From Rhina ancylostomus (taxonomy: Eukaryota), in contig JARFYF010000104.1 in the NCBI GenBank assembly GCA_030265395.1, positions 79,910,453-79,974,452 of the forward strand: a stretch of DNA of 64,000 bases. Direction: 5' to 3'. Position 1 is the stretch's first letter; each line of letters begins with the position of its first letter. Below the pieces are notes generated by a model. The model was not told the DNA's origin and searched no databases. It worked only from the letters and a program-made list of their open reading frames with translations. This document shows, one piece after another, positions 12,776 to 26,110 of the stretch. The translations under genes and the position numbers were made by a program.

Positions 12776-14115
12776 CTAATAGTTGTAAATGCAAGAGAGA
12801 GAGGACACTAAGTTACAAAGATGTTAAGTTATTTTGTTTTTTTTAAACTTGTACCTTTGCAGTTAAGTTTCACGTCTTTGTGTTACCCATCACTTAATTT
12901 TATCAGACTCCAAGTTCAGAAGTTGCATTTTGATTTGACTTTATTAGAAAGGTTTAACAACTATTTGAAAGGAGCTTTTATATTGGTCAGATATAATAGA
13001 ATCTAATATTCTGAATCAAGCAGTACATATCAAAGATGGCAGATTTAACCTCAGGTGTAGTGACAATGTTTTCTAAAAAAGATTATAGTTGTGAATTGTT
13101 GGCTGACCTGTAAATATAAAGTCTCATGGTTTACAAAATTATTGGAGGAGCAGCTTTCTTCTGTGAAGAATAGACATCAATAGCAATATTGATGTCTAGG
13201 AATTTTCTCATTGGGACTCCAACAGTACTTATTTACACTCACAGCATCCCTACATTATGGATTATTTTATTCACACCAAACTTGGCCTGAAAGCTAATAA
13301 CTTTGATGTGACAAATATGAAAATAAAATCTAATAATCTGCATGTTTAAATGAATATAACATCCAAAAAAAGATTAAACCGTTTTAACTTACTTGATACT
13401 GCATCTTTGAAGTAGAAGAAAACTTATTCCCTGTACCCTCCCTTTGCTTTCTTTTGGCAGTTCCAAATGCATCAGTTTCCCAACTTTTCTTTGATGTTAA
13501 CAGACCTCCTATCAAGCACTGTTTCTACATCTTTCCAATTATAAACCATGCCAGTTAATGTCATAATCTGCCACATCAACACTTCTATTTCCTTTGCATA
13601 AATCTAAAACAGAACATGCCTATGAATTACCTAGTATATAACACATACTTATGAGTCATGCTTGCATCTTGAGTGTGCAGCATTTCCTACAAAGGGAAGA
13701 GAGTGACATAATAGTAGGAACTAATCTAACTGTAATTGATATGACATGGATTAGAATAAATAACTTCAGTGCTCGTTACAATAATCCCAAAACTGCATCA
13801 CTTAACTTTAAGAATGGAAAAACTTCCTGGACTGACAGCAACAATGCAATTTCTTCAGGTAATATTATAGTCAGTCAATGATGCTGTATGAATAATCAGT
13901 ATTTCAAAACTAAAGACAAAACAGCTTTAGCGGCTTTCTATGTGCTAAAAGTTCCTAGTAATGTCATAACATTTAATATAATAAAAAATGTAAATCACCT
14001 TGGTCACAACAAAATAAAAACACTTTAACATATTAAAATACATAAACATTTTTCTCCATGCCACGTTCCACTTTTAAAGAGACTTGTTGACAATGGCACC
14101 AGATCATGTACTTAC

Positions 14116-14990
14116 CAAAAGTGAAATCTGTCCTTCTCTGACTATATTTAAAATACTTTTAACATTTTTTGCTTCCTCGCTCTTCTCTCCAGATCCTGCC
14201 ATGGTAATCCCATTTTTAGTACTGTTTCCTTCTTCTAGTTTGCTCCCCTTTGAGGACTGCAGAGTCGATGTCCTTGGTTGAGAATTTGGTAGCGCACTGC
14301 CAACTTTATGTCCATGTGGATCAACAAACAAACTTGCAGTCCGGCTGCCCAAGTTTTTACTCTGGGCTTCAGCATCATGCACAGAACCACAGTTATTTGG
14401 TGTCTGAGAACTCTCCAAATTTCCAGTTGCTTGCCCTTGTTGGTTTATGGCAATTGTTTTTGCTTTTCTCAACTCTAAGCTATTAACTGGTGACAAAATA
14501 CAGAACTGTGTTAAGTTGTTTGAAGGGTTCTCAGCCTTCAACGCTGAGCAGATCCTGCTGCCATCATCTCTCGTGCCCATGCCTGTGTTACTCTCCAGGG
14601 CAGCCTTTTTGAAAGGACTACATTTCTGGGAAGGAAAGTGGCTAAATTTGATATAAGGCACATCCAAAATTTCATCCATATCCAAATCATAGTGCTCAAG
14701 TTCATCAAGCAAAGTGTTGGTGTGAGCATCTTTGATCCTAAAGCACTGCCCATTGCTGTGGCAAAAAGTATTGAACAGATTTGGATTTTCAGCATCCTCT
14801 TGTTTTTTGTAATCACCCTTAAGTTCATGCTCTTCAGTTTGCTTGTCATTTTCAGGTTTCTCCGGTTGATGCTTGAGAGGTGAAACTCGTTTCACGGGTC
14901 TGAATTTACTGTACACATCTGCAGTGCCTTTGGATTTTATTCCACTACCAGCTGATGCTGTACTTCCAGAAGGCCAATTTGAACTAGAAA
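14116..14990 (-). CDS. SNCAIP: Synphilin-1 exon 4 (875 nt)
   Basis: Contains ADVYSKFRPVKRVSPLKHQPE, ELEHYDLDMDEILDVPYIK and VKSILNIVREGQISLL, which are synphilin-1 hallmarks. Acceptor acattcag|, donor TTG|gtaagt. Confidence 0.97.
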
Positions 14991-15084
14991 CTGAATGTTA
15001 TATCAAAATCATTAGTAAATAAAATGATTCAGAAACTGTTCTTTGAATAAATCCATTTCCACATAAAAAATTAAATACCCTTAC

Positions 15085-16150
15085 TTTGGTTGGCTAACTC
15101 TGTGTGGCAGGTTGCCAGTGACTGGAAGGGTGCCACAAGAATCAGTGCTGGGATCCCAGCTATTCATGATACATATTAATGATTCAGAAGAGGGAATTAG
15201 GTGTGATATCTCTAACTTTGCAGGTGATACAAAGTTGGATGGGAACGTGAGCTACAAAGAGGTTGCAGATAAGCTCCATTGTGATTTGGACAGGTTGAGG
15301 GAATGGGCAAATGCATGGAAGATGCAGTATTATGTGGATAAGTGAGAGATTATCCATTTCAGTAGCAACAACAGAAAGGCAGATCATTATCTGAACTGTG
15401 GTGGATTAAGAATGGGGGAACTACAATGAGGCCTGGGTGTCCTTGTGCCGTAAGCAACCATCCAAATTGCTGCAGATGATTAAAAAAGGCAAATAGTTTG
15501 TGGGCCTTCATTGTGAGATGATTTGAGGACAGGAGTAGGGATAAAAACAGAAAATGCAGGAAACATTCAACAGGTCAGACAACATCTGGATGACTTCAGT
15601 AGGACAAATAAACTTTTGTAATATTAACTCAATTTTTCTCTCTCCATTAGTACAGCCTGACTTGTATTTCATAACATTGTACATTATCTATATAGTCACT
15701 TTCTAACTGCCACCATTAACAAATTGGCCATGACTTAACACAACAGCAACCCTGGCCTCACCCTTTCAGGGATATTTTCTTTGTCCAATCCCTCCCCCAC
15801 CTTTTGTGTAATAACACTAATTTGTTTTTCTTCCTTAACCATTTCTGATGAATGTAGCTTCATTTCTTTTTCCACAGATGCTACCTGACCCACTGAGCAT
15901 TCCAGTATTTTCTGTTCTTATGTTACATTTCCAGCATGTGCAGTTTGCTTTTATTCCATTTACAGAATGTCTTGCTGGAATTGTACAGTGCCTTGGTGAG
16001 ACCACAACTTGAGTATCGTATGAAATTTTGACCCCTTATCTGAGGAACAATGTTCTTTCCATGGAGGGAGTGCAGGGAAGGTTCACTTGTCTGATTCCTG
16101 AGATGGCAGAACTGAGATATGAATAAAGTTTGTATCAATTAGGCTTCTAG
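15085..16150 (+). mobile_element. CR1 LINE RT fragment interrupted by a Penelope-derived element (about 15541-15960)
   Basis: VPQESVLGSQLFMIHINDSEEGIRCDISNFAGDTKLDG matches CR1 GVPQGSVLGP...FADDTKL. The CR1 resumes at about 15965 with atgtcttgctggaattgtacag. Confidence 0.85.
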
Positions 16151-18059
16151 GCACAGGAATTCAGAAGAACACAAGAAAATAGTAGTAGGCCATAAGCCCC
16201 TTCAAGCCTGCCCCCACCATCTAATATGATCGTTGCTGATCTATTAATAAAACTTATGTTTGCAAAATTGACAGTGTAGTGGGGCAAGTGATGAATTTGT
16301 GTGGTATACTGTAGGTTTATCACAAAATATTTTACAGAACTGGTGCAAGAATTGTATGACAATAAGCTTTTGAAAAATAATTGTAACTAAGATACAACTG
16401 CAGCACAAAATATAATGTACAAACAAATTAGTGGTGGAAAGAACATGTCAACAAATTTATGAAGGGATTTATAAAGACACTTTATGAATGTTATTGTTAC
16501 AGCAGAAACAAACAACAAAAATAACTTTTTGAATTTAGCCTCATGTTTGTATCAGCAGTTTTCAACTTAAAAGCCATATTTAATCTGGTAATTAATATAC
16601 AACTATGCATCAGCATTTCAAGCAAAACTGTTTCACGTTAGAGGCGATATATTATCCAAGTATGTACTTCCTTAAACCATCTTAATTTTTTTTACATCAT
16701 GGAAAAATAACTTCCAGCTTAACAAACACCTAAAATGATACAGCTTAGAAACAGACTAGTCTTTACACAAGGACTTCATTGTGCTTTTTGAAAGATCTAC
16801 AGTATATAAGAGCTGGCGTACACAAGGATGTGCTTTTAAGTTGGTTTTATTTACATGTGAAATTCCTTCCAAGTGATATTGAAGAATGGATGCCAGATGT
16901 TTTCCAGCTGTTTTATGCTGACAGGAATTATTAAAGACCTTGATGTAGACAGATCCTGTCCTGGATTTATGAAAACAATCCCTTCGAAAGGCAAGACTAG
17001 ATCTTCAAAGGTTGCCAGTTTCCTACTTCACCCCACCACATCACAAACATACAGAGAAAATCTTTAAAACATTTCTGTTGGAGAATGGCTAAAATATACA
17101 TCATGTCCAGTAAAGAAAAAAGACCAGCTTGTAATTGCTAATAAGTACATAAGAGCAATATTTTGTGGTCATAGAAAAATGGTCAATTAATTATGTAAAA
17201 CATGGGAGACATTTAATTTGATGTGCCGTATATTTTTCTTTGCTCCCATGTTATTGTGTCCCAAAATAAATATATAACCAATAAGACGATTTCCCTTTCC
17301 ACTAAAGGGCAACTTAATCTTGGCTCGGTATGGTGTGAAGGGGATGCTATTTAAAGGAATGCATAAATTATCAACTTGACATTTGACAGTACATTTAAAT
17401 AGCCAAATATGCATCAAGACTCAATAGATATGAATAGTTTAGTTTTGAAATATATTTAAAAACACTAGTATTTCAGGTCTGCACAAAAGAAATACTATTC
17501 AAAACTATTTCCACTTTATTCTCCATAACAAAGTCTTTGCAGCTGTCAGATTACCATCTTTAAACTTCAGTGTAGATAAAGTAGCTCAAAGCTTTCATAG
17601 TCAAACAGTTCAAAAGTTTACAAATAAAACTAAGGCTTATTTGAGATCAAACTCCAGTTATGGTAAATTATTTTCAAAGCTTTTTAACCTTTAATAAAGT
17701 GAAGGACAATCAAAGAGCACCAGTGAAAATTCTGGCCCTTGATTATTCTTTTAACTGATTAAGTTTACATTTGGCTGTCAGTGTGCAAAATTACTCCAGA
17801 AAAAGAACATCCTTCTATCAATAAAATCAAGAGAGAACATTTCATTTGGACAGAAGATGGAGTAACTGTACAAGCTTCTTTAAATACATGAACTAAAGTA
17901 ACTATACAATTTCTTTTAAGTTAAAGCATAGGAAGCAGAGCACTATATTTTATCAAGAGAAAATGTGCACATTTAACGCACAAGTTATGCAATCCAAAAA
18001 AATATCTTCATACAGGCTCTTCATGATTTATCCAAAAGATCATGGAAAATGATACATTG

Positions 18060-18960
18060 TGTGCAGGCAATTTCCAACATTATTGGGTAGATGCCAATGT
18101 TATTCCAATACTGGAACAACTTGGCTTGATGCACAGCAGAGGTCTTCAAGACTACAGTTGGCATGTTGTCTGGGTCCTTTACTGCATTCAGCACACACAG
18201 CCATTTCTAGATAACTGAAGCAAATTGATGATTGTGGGCATCTCAAAAATAATCCAAGGTAGATCATCCAATCAGCACCTCTGGCTGAATATGACTACAA
18301 ATTGTTTAGCCTCATCTTTAGTTGCCGCCACTGAGTATTGGGGATAACTGTGGGGCTGCCTGCTCTTGATAGCTGTTTAAAATTGTCAACTACCATTCAC
18401 TACTAGATGTGACAGCACTGCAGAGCTGTGATATGATGTTAGCTGTGAGATTGCTTGGCTGCATATTGATAACCTGGAGACAAGTCTTGTACCACAGCTT
18501 CACCTGGTTGGCACCACATTTTAAGGTATGCCTGGAGCTACTCCCAGCATGCCCTTCTGCACTCCTCATTGAGCCAGCATTGATCCCCTGGTTCAGTGAT
18601 GGCTGAGTAAAAGAAGTGTCAGGCTATGAGATTACAGATAATGGTGGTGTGATACACAGTGCCTTTATGGATGTCCAGTTTTGAGCTGCCAGAGCTGTTC
18701 CGAGTGTGTCCTATTTAGCACAATTGTAGTACCAAACAGCTCAATGGAAGGTGCCCTTGGTGTGAAGACAGAATTTTGCCTCTACTAGCATCGTGCAGTG
18801 GCCATTTCTATCAGTGCTGTCAGGGATAAATGCATCTGCTAAAAGATAGACTGGGAGGATGAGGTCAAGTTGGTTCACCTGTCATATTGGTTCCTGCTGT
18901 TGACTCAGTTCAGCAGTTACATTCCTCAGGACTCAGCCAGTTGAACCAGTGGTCACTCTT
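18060..18960 (-). mobile_element. Decayed LINE (endonuclease/linker region)
   Basis: Resembles the elasmobranch LINE family seen at 7.5-8.4 kb and 25-26 kb; no intact ORF. Confidence 0.4.
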
Positions 18961-20018
18961 GATTACAGGCTGAGGGAAAATACAACAGGAGTGGCTGGAA
19001 TTGAATACAGCAGAGGAGAGGAATACTGACTAGATGGAGAAAAGGGAGAAAGAGTGAGAGTGTGATGTGGGAAGTTTGGAGGAGAAATTGCCATAGCGAA
19101 AGGATGATGAACTGAAGGGGTCTATGTCTTTCTAATCATGGTGCAAGGACATAGAGTAGTGTACAGGATTGGTACGGGTGGAGTGGAGTCTGGAATGGCT
19201 GCTATATAAAAAAAGAAAAATAGTTCTTACAACAAACTTTCAGAAAGTTACTTCAAATTTCACCACTTGTTTTCTTTAGAGATTAAAAAATCTATTAAGC
19301 TGTAGAAAGCTGGTGCACAAGCATCCAATGTGCCAGGGGAGTGTACAAAAGCATATTCTGCATTAAAGGTGCACTGTACACCACATTGATAGAGACAGTG
19401 CCAGAGATACCCAGGGCACATATCTGAAGCATCCATAAAGTTAATTTTATATTGGTGTCCACACCAATTCCTGCACCTTTCCCAAAACTGACTGTACTGA
19501 TGCTGTTAGTGTTGGGATCGTTCCAAAAAAAATTCTTTTTGAAATTCAACCATTTATCTGAGCATGGGGCTGGGGGGAGGACTGTCCTTTTGGCTCCACA
19601 ACAGTCATGAAGACTGCAGCTAGCCGCTTCTCAATGGTCTCCTCCCCTTCCAAGGCTAATGCCAGCAAATTAACCCAAAATTTAAATACCACAGTAGGCA
19701 TCCTTAATTGACCAGATTTACTTAATTATCAAGGTTGAATGTGCCACTAGCCTTAAATGTCTCTGACTATGATTGTCCTGATACATCAGTTTTATCCAAC
19801 TTAACCCCTCCTCGTTATTTTCTGTCTTCACAGCCACTCAAGCAGGATAGGTTGTTGTCCTGTTCAAAGTTGTAAATGTAATCAATTCTTTACTTTTAAT
19901 GCAATAATAGGAATATTGAAACATACTTTGCAAAATTAAAATCATTTGCAAATCAAATTACATGCACATAATGCAAAATAGACAAAGCTCAAAACAAAGC
20001 ATAAATTTAAAAAAATAC

Positions 20019-20091
20019 CTATTCGATCTTCATTTTGCATATCAGATCTTTTGTACAGCTCAGGAAGGGCTTTTGCTGCAGAACTGCCAAA
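20019..20091 (-). CDS. SNCAIP: Synphilin-1 exon 3 (73 nt)
   Basis: FGSSAAKALPELYKRSDMQNEDRI, versus human YSVTSLKTIPELCRRCDTQNEDRS. Splice sites tttctctccag| and ATAG|gtattt. Phase 0 to 1 fits both neighbours. Confidence 0.93.
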
Positions 20092-20362
20092 CTGGAGAGA
20101 AACAAATCAGAGGAAAGTTATACACTGGAGTACACATGCAACACATTTCTCCATTGTGCTTCAGAAATAAAGAATCTTACAGACTTTGTGGGGATATCCC
20201 AGAGCAGAATTTTGCTTTTTTGGGTCCAATTTAAAATAGGAGACAAACTATCTACCGCAAAGCATACTTCACATCACTGAAAACAGAAAAATATCAAATA
20301 TTTCAATCTTGTGTGTCATTTTGCAAGTACCAGACACTTGAACAACAGCTGTAACTAATTTG

Positions 20363-20512
20363 GAGACACAAGAGATTCTGCAGATGCTGGAATATGGAGC
20401 AACACACACAAAATGATCCTACTGAAGGAGCTCAACCTGTAACATCGACTGTTTATTTCCCTCCATAGATGCTGCCTGACCTGCTGAGTTCTTCCAGCGT
20501 TTTGTGTGTGTA
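20363..20512. mobile_element. Miniature Penelope-derived element with inverted ends
   Basis: Starts gagattctgcagatgctggaa...acacacacaaaatg and ends gatgctgcctgacctgctgagttcttccagcgttttgtgtgt. Confidence 0.75.
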
Positions 20513-20999
20513 ACTGTGACTACATCTGTCCAAAATGTACTGCCAACATCACCTTTTCAACTACACAAACTGCAAAAAATCCAGCATCATAGAACAGTTT
20601 GAGAGATTAAACACCTTGCTTTGTCCATTAAACATTCATATTAATTAAAATATGAGTAAACATTTTAACGAAGACTGGCAACTCCATTCAAATGAATGGG
20701 GAGACATTAAATGCACTAGCCATGATTAGTATAAACCTAAGGGGCCAGATCCACCACATCAGCACAAGGAACCACCAGCATTTTGTCCTACGGCCAGTCC
20801 AACCCGAGTTTCAGATCTCTCCATACTTTTGCAATTAGGGCACAGGCATACAAATCCAGAATAAACTGTTGCATATAATACAGCCTGCTAGAGTTTCTCT
20901 ACAGAACTGCTGGATAGCTGTTAGTGCAAAATGGCCTATTACACGTTAACTCATACTTGCAACCTGTGCCTATGATTACCAGAACTTAATATTTGAATG

Positions 21000-21360
21000 A
21001 GAAACAAATGACTGCAGATGTTGGAATCTAGATGAAAAAAAACAAGATGCTGGAGGAACTCAGAAGGCCAGGCAGCATCCATGAGGGAAAAACAGAAGAT
21101 CAATGTTCAGGGTCAGGACCCTTCCTCAGGACTGAAGATAGGAAAAGGGGACGTCCAATATATTGGGGGGGGCAGGAAAAGGGAGGGGGGAAGAGAGACA
21201 GTTAGAGGTGGACAAAAGAGGGGAGGCAGGGTGGACACAAGGTAGATGCAGGTAAGAGATAGTGACAGGCAAGTGTAGGGGAGGAGGGGAGAGCAGATCC
21301 ACCAGCATGGGTCAAAGATATGGAGGCAGGTACCCCAATTGGGGGGGAGAGGGGGGGGGA
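21000..21360 (-). mobile_element. Penelope-like 3' terminal repeat with degenerate hammerhead (21098-21134)
   Basis: Minus strand: cagtc CTGAGGA a gggtc-ct-gaccc TGAAC att gatc. Confidence 0.7.
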
Positions 21361-23344
21361 NNNNNNNNNNNNNNNNNNNNNNNNNNNNNNNNNNNNNNNN
21401 NNNNNNNNNNNNNNNNNNNNNNNNNNNNNNNNNNNNNNNNNNNNNNNNNNNNNNNNNNNNNNNNNNNNNNNNNNNNNNNNNNNNNNNNNNNNNNNNNNNN
21501 NNNNNNNNNNNNNNNNNNNNNNNNNNNNNNNNNNNNNNNNNNNNNNNNNNNNNNNNNNNNNNNNNNNNNNNNNNNNNNNNNNNNNNNNNNNNNNNNNNNN
21601 NNNNNNNNNNNNNNNNNNNNNNNNNNNNNNNNNNNNNNNNNNNNNNNNNNNNNNNNNNNNNNNNNNNNNNNNNNNNNNNNNNNNNNNNNNNNNNNNNNNN
21701 NNNNNNNNNNNNNNNNNNNNNNNNNNNNNNNNNNNNNNNNNNNNNNNNNNNNNNNNNNNNNNNNNNNNNNNNNNNNNNNNNNNNNNNNNNNNNNNNNNNN
21801 NNNNNNNNNNNNNNNNNNNNNNNNNNNNNNNNNNNNNNNNNNNNNNNNNNNNNNNNNNNNNNNNNNNNNNNNNNNNNNNNNNNNNNNNNNNNNNNNNNNN
21901 NNNNNNNNNNNNNNNNNNNNNNNNNNNNNNNNNNNNNNNNAAAGAGAGAGGGGAGAAGAGGAAGAGGAGAGAGAAAAAAAAAGTTCCTCCAGTTTCTTGC
22001 TTTTTCATTAATATTTGAGTGCCTCCAAGCAAGTTTCCACATCCGCAGCAGAACTAAAGACACTTTCAAAGTAATAAACAATATGCTCTATCACATTTCA
22101 GCTTCAAACCACACTTATCTGAACCCACTGTAAAGAGTGTCACTAGTGAAAACAATTTCTTTAAAGTTCAAACAAATTTTGAATATCTGCCTTTCTGGAA
22201 ATGGGATGTTAGATTTTTCTAGAACTAGATTATCTCACCCAATATGTGGTTTGGAATCCTCAAATATATTCCTTCAGATTTTTATGCATTTGCAAACTAT
22301 ACTAATTAGCAACCACACTGCTAACCCACCGCAATATCTAGTCCAGCTCCAAAAGAAATTATTTTTCTTTCAGTGGTATGGAGGAACCAGTTTACAAACA
22401 AATAACTAGAAATTTCTGAGAACCCACAAGGGTGTCCTAAAACAACATTAATGCAGTGAAACAGTACCTTTTTTGGTCACTCTCCCAACACATCAAAATT
22501 CACTTGCAACTGAGGTCCAACTGGACATGTTTAAAAATATACCATCCACCTCATCCTCTGCCAAGGCTTGGAAGGGTGATCCAATCAGAGTGGACTTAAG
22601 TCATTGGGGCATGGGTTCTGGACAATGTGCATGAGTCCAGGAAATGGGAGATCGAGAGAACATCCAAGACATGGAAGCAGGGAAAGATCAGGAATGACAT
22701 TCAAGGTCAGGTGGAGGGTGGCAGACATATGGAAGAAGATTAATAATTGCATCCAGTGTTGGGATGAAAGAAAGATTGTGGAGGAGTCAATTAAGAATGG
22801 CACTTTAGGTCAATGCTGGGGTAAGCATATAATATTTCATGTGGGCAGTGTTCCAAGAGATATGATTGCACTTCATGTGGACAGGAATGGACCAGGTGGA
22901 GTAATAATGTATTTCTGTAACTGCAATTTGTACTGTGAATTATTGCTTGGTCCAGCAGTTGAGTCATCAATGCAGCTGGTGCAAAGAAATTTCAAAAATT
23001 ATTCTGGACGTATCAACTTCCAAGCACACTGAAGAAATGTCTAGGAGAACAATCCTGCAGTTCCACAGCACCCTCACCTTATGGCAGTTTTCTTGAGGTT
23101 CCACTGCAAATTGATTATCAAACCATTCAGTGGCTGGTTCCTTAGTGATCCAGGCCCACTTTACAACTTCTAAATTGGTAAATTGGTTCATTATTGTCAC
23201 ATGTACTGAGGTACAGCGAAAAACTGTTTTGCATGTCATCCATACAGATCATTTCATCACATCAGTGCATTGAGTTAGTATGAGGGAAAACAATGAACTA
23301 TCAGCAACACCTTTACTCCCATCAGTGCTCAGGTGTGAACACAC

Positions 23345-23473
23345 TTGGCTATCACAAAGTGCTTCTGTGTATTCCAGTTGCATTTGGACATTTGAGAGTC
23401 GCTTTTTTATGCTAGATACCTTCCCTTCTCTTCCAATAAGCACATTCCTTTTGCGCCAAACACCAGAAGAGGC
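23345..23473 (-). CDS. SNCAIP: Candidate alternative in-frame cassette exon of SNCAIP (43 aa) in intron 2
   Basis: cag|GCC...CAA|gtgtgt, 129 nt, phase 0-0 like the host intron, no stop codon. Peptide ASSGVWRKRNVLIGREGKVSSIKKRLSNVQMQLEYTEALCDSQ. Both splice sites are weak. Confidence 0.5.
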
Positions 23474-25019
23474 CTGTTTCAGTTGCTTTATAAATCTGCT
23501 CAGAAGAAACTGATCATTTCTCACTAACAGTGCAAACAGTTCAGTGTACCTCTCTGAATGCTTTGCTTATGAACAATCATTCATCATCTCACTTTTATAT
23601 GGTAGAAGCCACAGTTTAACTGAAATGTTTACAATCATGCAGCCATAAACTCAGAGATCATTAGTATGAAACTCCTGATAAATTGTTTGGCATTTTGGCA
23701 CAATAGTGATCCATAAACTGGTCTCCCTCCCTCTCAGGCATGCCCACAGGGTTGAGTATGGCTTGCTTCTGGTGTAGTTCTGTGGGTTCGAATGTGGCTG
23801 GTGAGGCCAGTGTTNNNNNNNNNNNNNNNNNNNNNNNNNNNNNNNNNNNNNNNNNNNNNNNNNNNNNNNNNNNNNNNNNNNNNNNNNNNNNNNNNNNNNN
23901 NNNNNNNNNNNNNNNNNNNNNNNNNNNNNNNNNNNNNNNNNNNNNNNNNNNNNNNNNNNNNNNNNNNNNNNNNNNNNNNNNNNNNNNNNNNNNNNNNNNN
24001 NNNNNNNNNNNNNNNNNNNNNNNNNNNNNNNNNNNNNNNNNNNNNNNNNNNNNNNNNNNNNNNNNNNNNNNNNNNNNNNNNNNNNNNNNNNNNNNNNNNN
24101 NNNNNNNNNNNNNNNNNNNNNNNNNNNNNNNNNNNNNNNNNNNNNNNNNNNNNNNNNNNNNNNNNNNNNNNNNNNNNNNNNNNNNNNNNNNNNNNNNNNN
24201 NNNNNNNNNNNNNNNNNNNNNNNNNNNNNNNNNNNNNNNNNNNNNNNNNNNNNNNNNNNNNNNNNNNNNNNNNNNNNNNNNNNNNNNNNNNNNNNNNNNN
24301 NNNNNNNNNNNNNNNNNNNNNNNNNNNNNNNNNNNNNNNNNNNNNNNNNNNNNNNNNNNNNNNNNNNNNNNNNNNNNNNNNNNNNNNNNNNNNNNNNNNN
24401 NNNNNNNNNNTTTGTCATTTGTCATCCTTTGCACAGGAAATCTGCCATAAATCTTGGCACCCTATTAACTAATGCACATTTGGCTACACAAAACATTTTT
24501 GTGCAATAGTTGCAAAATTTACTCTCCATTCTTTACTAAGTGAAATCTAGTTCGACAAAGACATTAGACTGCAATAATAAACAGACCAGATATATTTTAA
24601 TCTTCAGGAAAATCTATTCACCATTCATTCAGCAATCTGTTTTAAATAAAAACATACTTTGTTCAGTGTTTGGGTCATGATTACTAGGCTCACAGTATTA
24701 AACTGGAGCTGAAAGGCTTCACACTATAGTTGCTGAAAATGCATGAAAGGATTTAAAATATAATCACACTGCTAAATCTTTTCATTATTTTTATTGACTT
24801 TTAGAAAGGTTGAGTTGATGGCTTCAACATAAATGAGAAATTTTTATCCAAACTCTGTTCACTTTTTATTTCTCCATATTTAATGAACTCAGTGAACTTT
24901 GACAGAGATAGATTGTTGATGACCCATCCAAGGTACCAAAAGATGGAAAAGTGTCTAAGTATGTCCTATCAATAAAAAGTAGGACAAACTCAATTCAGTT
25001 ATTTGCTACCCAATCATCA

Positions 25020-26110
25020 AAGTGATGAATGGGTCATCAACAATGCTTTCAAGCAGCAGTTATTCACCAATAATTGCTCATCAATGCCCAGTTTAGGATT
25101 TGTCAGGACCATTCAGCTCCAGGCTTTGGCACAGCATTGGTCCAAACATGGACCATGTGAGCTGAGTGATTGCTCTTGATATCAAGGTAGTATTTGATCC
25201 AGTTTGGAGTCATATCCATTGTGCTTGCTGGAGATCAATCATTCCAGAGTCAGGATATCATCACAGGAGGTCCTCAGAGCATTGCCCAAAGTCCGGCCAT
25301 TTTTAGCTGTTAAATAAATGGCCTTTCTTCCATCATATGGTCAAAAGTGGGGGTGTTTACTGATTATTGCGCAACATTCAAATCCTCTCATAACTCTAAC
25401 AAATGAAAGATTCTAATCCTCTCATAACTCTTTAGCAAATGAAACATTCTATGGTTGAATACAGAAAGACCCAGACAACATTCAGGCCTGGGCTAGTAAC
25501 TGGCAAGTACTATTCAGGCCACAAAAGTTCCAGTCAATAATTATCTAACCACATCCTGGAATGGTCCTACACCATCAACATCCTGGAAGTTACCACTGAC
25601 CAGAAACTGAACAGAGACTAGTCACCAAAAAAATAATGTGGTTATAGAAGTCGGATGCTGGGTGCATTGTGGCGAATGAATTCCCAACGTTGTTCCACCA
25701 TATACAAGGCATAGGTAGAAATGTGATGGCATTGGCCTAGGTGGGTACACCTTCACTAACACTCAAGAGGGTCGATGCCACCTATGACAAAACCAGTCTG
25801 GTTAATTGACCGCCCATTCTCCTTCCATTGCTCAGCTATATAATGCACTGTCTGTACTCACCAAGGCTACACTAACAGCACTTCCCAAATCTGTGTCCTC
25901 TTCTGCCAAGACAGACAAAAGGTTTTGTGCACAGGACCACCACCTGTGGGCTCACCCTCAAGCTGCCATTCCTTCATTGTCTCTAGGAACTCCCCACTAC
26001 CAACACTGCAGAAGTACCTTCACCAGTAGGATGGCAGCAGTTCAAGGAGATGGGTCACCTCTAATTTCTAAAGGAATGGGCAAAAATCTTGGCCTTGCCA
26101 GCCATGCAGA
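25020..26110 (+). mobile_element. Decayed LINE (CR1/L2 clade) 3' portion
   Basis: cttgatatcaaggtagtatttgat (LDIKxxFD), ggaggtcctcag (GxPQ) and tttactgattattgc (FxDxC) RT motifs in order. Confidence 0.65.
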
